Positions 63,132 to 64,000 of a DNA stretch of 64,000 bases are shown piece after piece. This DNA is from Squalus acanthias (lineage: Eukaryota). The translations under genes and the position numbers were made by a program. How positions within the stretch are numbered: the stretch's first letter is position 1; every line of letters begins with the position of its first letter. The notes under the pieces are model-generated. The model was given only the letters and a program-made list of their open reading frames with translations. It was not told the DNA's origin and searched no databases. The stretch covers positions 3,846,001 to 3,910,000 of the forward strand of contig JASTWF010000036.1 of assembly GCA_030390025.1 (NCBI GenBank), written 5' to 3'.

Positions 63132-64000
63132 GTAAAGCTATGCTCCTCACCATTCGGGGAGAAAAAGGGGCCGGGGGGCGGGGTGGGGGGGGGGGGGAGA
63201 AACGGGTGCTGAAGCGATCTGTGGGAATGGTGCAGGGCGGATTGTGGGAAATCATGCAATGGTAGGCCGTCACCTGAGACCCATGGAATCGGACCCCCGG
63301 CAAAGTAAGCCAGAAAGGTGGGGGTGGGAGGTGGCAATGAGCATGGTCAGGGTGGTGAGGTGAGGGTGGCGGAAGGCCCAAGGTGTCCTCCTGCTTCTCC
63401 TGGCCCAGAAGGAACCTAAACCATACCCGTACCTCTTCTGGCCGCGATGCTGGCGGGTCCAGAACTGCGCGGCCCTTAGTCGTCCCGCAGTTAAAATGGC
63501 GCGCACGTCCGAATGATGTCATTGGGCCACGACTTTGCCATTTCAATTAGGCCCTCGCTTGCTGAGGTCCGGGCACCAGCTAAAATGGCGACTGATGTAA
63601 ATGGTTCTGTAATGGCGGGGCAAGTTCCCAAACCTGATTTTAACCCCCCCCCCCCCCCCCACCCCACTCCGCAGTGTTCCCGCTGGGTCAGCAGGTATAC
63701 AATCAACCCTACTGACTCTGTGATTTCAGGGAGTCTCAGTGATTTTGACCTGTTCACGGAACCAATATTTGAAATCACTCGGTTTTCAAAAGAGAACCAA
63801 AATCGCAAATAATATTAGTTTTGCCAAAAGCAGCTAACGTCACACCTCAAATCTGTTCTAAGCACTTTTACAACTTAGGAAGGAATGTTAAGCTGAACAA
63901 GCCCATACACTTTTTGACAGATTGATCCACCTTCTCTCCACAAACACGTCTAATTGCTTCTTCCACCCATTTATACTGTCTGCTTCAGTGCTCTTCCCTG

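Noticed and set aside
62959..63546. 195-aa antisense proline-rich ORF
   Set aside because: Antisense shadow of exon 14 plus G-rich intronic sequence; no recognisable domain.

Overview
Eukaryotic (vertebrate) genomic DNA, almost certainly a shark or other elasmobranch, judged from the HE1-type V-SINE, SacSINE1-type DeuSINEs, and the CR1/L2/Penelope repeat landscape. The window holds part of one protein-coding gene on the + strand: formin-like 3 (FMNL3). I traced 13 consecutive coding exons (25529-63131, orthologous exons 2-14). All are flanked by AG/GT and splice into one open frame of 1453 nt covering the GBD/FH3 (DID) region, the coiled coil and the start of the FH1 polyproline. Exon 1 and the FH2/DAD exons lie outside the window, so 1-25528 is probably all intron 1. 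The introns are dense in transposable elements, and there is a 200-N assembly gap. Most interesting observations: (1) tiny TSD-bounded Penelope-type inserts carrying minimal hammerhead ribozymes, one in the sense strand of the pre-mRNA; (2) a ~220-bp solo-LTR family (3 copies, 5-bp TSDs), one copy sitting at the exon-2 branch point with a TATA box pointing into exon 2; (3) several long near-perfect hairpins; (4) an LF-SINE-like element beside exon 6; (5) an unexplained diverged ~210-bp duplicated segment in intron 4. Repeat family names come from recall of consensus sequences, not from a database search.
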